In this document: in pieces, positions 23,751-25,922 of the stretch
Numbering within the stretch: position 1 is the first letter of the stretch
Layout: every line of letters starts with the position of its first letter
Assembly (NCBI GenBank): GCA_035530395.1
Contig: DATKUX010000180.1
Coordinates: forward strand, 1 to 25,922
Origin: Spirochaetia bacterium
GTDB taxonomy: Bacteria > Bacillota > Desulfotomaculia > Desulfotomaculales > JAJYZD01
Reading direction: 5' to 3'
Length of the DNA: 25,922 nt
Position numbers and translations under genes: made by a program
Notes under the pieces: model-generated
Database searches by the model: none
Seen by the model: only the letters and a program-made list of their open reading frames with translations
What the model was told of the DNA's origin: nothing

Positions 23751-25922
23751 TCATCCCTCCTGGGCCCGCTTCTCCTTCAGGGCCCGCCAGACCTTCTCAT
23801 AAGACAGCGGCAGGCTGTCCAGCCGGATACCCATGGCGTCGTAAATAGCGTTGGCGTAGCAGCCCATGGTGGGTATGGTGGCACCCTCCCCCACCTCTTT
23901 GACGCCCCACGGACCGGCCGGCTCCGGTTCCTCGCTATAGACCAGGGCCGAGGTTATCCGGGGCATATCCAAAGCCGTCGGCAGACGGTACTCACCCAGG
24001 TTCCCGTTGAGGATTTTGCCCTTATCGTCAAAGATAACCTGTTCCCAAATCGACTCGCCCATACCCATGAAGAGGGCCCCGTGCACCTGGGCGTGCAACA
24101 GCGACGGGTTGATCACCATGCCGCAGTCGTGCACGTCCCAGACTTCGGCCACCTTGATCTCCCCCGTCTCGGCGTCGATCTCCACTTCGCTGATCTGGGT
24201 GGCGAAGCTATAGGCAGGCGAAGTTCCCACCGCCGCTCCCTTGAACTTCCCGCCCAGCTTGGGCGGCGCATAGGAGCCCTTCCCCACCAGCGGACCCCGT
24301 TTGACGAAAAAGGTGCGGGCTACCTCGGCGAAAGTGAACTTGGCCTCGCCGGTCTCCCGGTCGAAAATTACGCCTAAACGGCAGTCGAGACTGGCCGCAT
24401 CCACCGCCAGTAGTTCGGCCGCCATTCCCATCAGCTGGGTCTTCACCTCTTCACCAGCCCGCTTGACGGCCCAGCCGGACATCAGGGTCTGGCGGCTGGC
24501 GTAGGCGCCGAAATCGTGGGGGGCGGTTTCGGTGTCCGCGGACACGATCTTCATGTTGTCATAGGTAAAGCCCATGGCCTCGGCCGCCATCTGACAGAGG
24601 ACGGTGTCACTCCCCTGGCCGATGTCCACCGCCCCGGTATACAGGGTGGCCGAGGTGCCGTCCTCGTTGACCCGGACGACGGCGGAGGCATGAGGTAGAT
24701 CGGTGCGGTAGATGGGATAACCCGCCCCGGAAACGAAGCTGCCCACGGCGACGCCGATGCCGCGGCCCGGCGGCAGGTGGCCCTTCTTTTCGTCCCAGCC
24801 GGACAGTTCGCGCGCCTTTTCTATGCAGGCCGCCATCTCACAGGAATTAACCTGAAAGTCGTTCGGGGTAACGGTATTGGGCCGCCGGGCGTTGACCAGC
24901 CGCAATTGCAGCGGGTCCATCCCCAGGTCCTTCGCTACCATGTCCAGGTGGCACTCCAGGGCGTAGCGGGGTTGCGGAGCCCCGTGGCCGCGCTGGGCGC
25001 CGCAGGCCGGCAGGTTGGTGTAAACACGGTACATATCGAACTTGAAGTTGTCAAACTCATAGGTTAGGGGCAGCATGGCCCCGGCATAGTAGGCGCTGGC
25101 CACGCCCAGACTGGTGTAAGCGCCCCCGTCCATGATGAAGTTGGCGTGCAGGCCCAGGATACGGCCGTCCTTATCCACCCCGGTGGTGACCTCCATGTAC
25201 TGGCGGTGCCGGCCCCGGTTGTGGGCAAACATCTCGTGGCGGTCGTAGAACATGCGGACCGGTCGCCCGGTCAGACGGGCCAGAACCGCCCCGGCAAACT
25301 CCAGGCCGGTTGGTTCCAGCTTGCCGCCGAATCCCCCGCCCACGAAAGGCTTGATTACCCGGACGTCGCCCATCGGCAGTCCGAACTCCCGGGCCAGGTA
25401 ATACTGGAAATAGTGGGGCGACTGGGTGCTGGAGTAGACCGTGAGCTTGCCGTCCTGCCACATGGATATGGCCGAATGGGGTTCGATCGGGCACTGGTAC
25501 GTCCTCTGGCCCACAAAACGGTCGGTGCGTACGTGGTAGGCCCCGGCAAAGGCCTGGTCCACATCGCCGAAGTGCTGGTGGATCTCGGTGTTGATATTCC
25601 TGGGGAACTCGTCGTGGATCTGGGCCGTCTCCTCATTCATGGCCTTTAACGGGTCCAGGACGGTCGGTAGCTCCTCGTATTCCACCTTGATCAACTTAAG
25701 GGCTTTGTAAACGGTCTCCTCGTCCAGGGCGGCCACAGCCGCCACCTTGTCGCCGACGAAGCGAACCTTATCGATGCAAAAGATGTTCTCGTCCCAGCGG
25801 GCCGGACTGATCCCGTATTTCATCTCCGGCACGTCGCGATGGGTAATCACCGCTTTGACCCCGGGCAGCTTCTCGGCCTCGCTGGTGTCGATGCTCAGGA
25901 TACGGGCGTGGGCATGCGGGCT
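23751..25922 (-). CDS. xanthine dehydrogenase/aldehyde oxidase-family molybdopterin-binding large subunit, 5' end beyond the window; candidate 4-hydroxybenzoyl-CoA reductase alpha subunit
   Basis: The frame stays open upstream of the track's GTG start to base 25922 (SPHAHARILSIDTSEAEKLPGVKAVITHRDVP...), which is the normal family N-domain. Other family motifs are VIKPFVGGGFGGK, GAQRGHG, DIGQGSDT and WGVKEVGEG. The Hcr assignment rests on context only. Confidence 0.85.
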   Translation of the reverse strand, partial: SPHAHARILSIDTSEAEKLPGVKAVITHRDVPEMKYGISPARWDENIFCIDKVRFVGDKVAAVAALDEETVYKALKLIKVEYEELPTVLDPLKAMNEETAQIHDEFPRNINTEIHQHFGDVDQAFAGAYHVRTDRFVGQRTYQCPIEPHSAISMWQDGKLTVYSSTQSPHYFQYYLAREFGLPMGDVRVIKPFVGGGFGGKLEPTGLEFAGAVLARLTGRPVRMFYDRHEMFAHNRGRHRQYMEVTTGVDKDGRILGLHANFIMDGGAYTSLGVASAYYAGAMLPLTYEFDNFKFDMYRVYTNLPACGAQRGHGAPQPRYALECHLDMVAKDLGMDPLQLRLVNARRPNTVTPNDFQVNSCEMAACIEKARELSGWDEKKGHLPPGRGIGVAVGSFVSGAGYPIYRTDLPHASAVVRVNEDGTSATLYTGAVDIGQGSDTVLCQMAAEAMGFTYDNMKIVSADTETAPHDFGAYASRQTLMSGWAVKRAGEEVKTQLMGMAAELLAVDAASLDCRLGVIFDRETGEAKFTFAEVARTFFVKRGPLVGKGSYAPPKLGGKFKGAAVGTSPAYSFATQISEVEIDAETGEIKVAEVWDVHDCGMVINPSLLHAQVHGALFMGMGESIWEQVIFDDKGKILNGNLGEYRLPTALDMPRITSALVYSEEPEPAGPWGVKEVGEGATIPTMGCYANAIYDAMGIRLDSLPLSYEKVWRALKEKRAQEG

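Noticed and set aside
6876-24377. Long plus-strand ORFs, e.g. 6876-7616, 8406-8999, 11691-12335, 12071-12658, 13367-14650, 14891-15754, 15815-16561, 17105-17644, 19040-19747, 20421-21464, 22832-23416, 23322-24377.
   Set aside because: Each lies entirely antisense to a minus-strand gene with clear family motifs. Their products are Gly/Arg/Pro/His-rich and low in complexity, with no recognisable motifs or RBSs. Open antisense frames are expected in GC-rich coding DNA.
1-25922. Search for tRNA or rRNA genes, CRISPR repeats, transposase, integrase or IS ends, and toxin-antitoxin or other defence-type gene pairs.
   Set aside because: None found. There are no regularly spaced short repeats, no T-loop/cloverleaf candidates in the intergenic gaps, and no recombinase-like ORFs. 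The only repeats are the two tandem gene duplications.

Overview
Nearly all genes in this window are on the minus strand. RBSs are strong GGAGG-type and there are several sigma-54 components. This fits an anaerobic Firmicute of the Desulfotomaculum/Pelotomaculum type, but that is an inference from gene content, not a database result. I read three blocks. (1) 1-6000 is a sigma-54-driven arylpyruvate operon: iorA (frameshifted), iorB, a D-2-hydroxyacid dehydrogenase and an acyl-CoA synthetase that runs off the window. A PAS/sigma-54 activator sits just upstream, and a near-consensus -24/-12 promoter is at 4387-4401. (2) 6096-12035 holds a second, GC-richer PAS/sigma-54 activator packed behind housekeeping genes (CoA-binding protein, nth, trmL). 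It is followed by two tandem secreted NodB-type deacetylases on the plus strand. (3) 10974-25922 is the most interesting part, a non-canonical anaerobic phenol-type activation and carboxylation island. Its gene order is PucR/GAF regulator, PpsA-like, AceTr/YaaH-family membrane channel, PpsB-like, a single UbiD-family carboxylase, aryl-acid CoA ligase, a HAD hydrolase and two tandem HD phosphohydrolases. Upstream lie a separately terminated ubiX and a molybdopterin hydroxylase large subunit that is a candidate 4-hydroxybenzoyl-CoA reductase alpha and runs off the window. Oddities include a channel gene between the two synthase subunits, and no PpsC or small or second carboxylase subunits. Three phosphohydrolases are fused to the operon tail. 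One HD paralog has lost its stop codon and reads 486 nt antisense into the convergent deacetylase gene. iorA has a 1-nt frameshift at an A4 run, and an AT-rich palindrome/repeat operator lies upstream of the PucR gene. Base composition is visibly mosaic. I saw no tRNA, rRNA, CRISPR array, transposase or integrase. The ORF track uses the longest ATG/GTG/TTG start, so I moved several starts inward where an RBS-backed ATG and family-typical N-termini support it.
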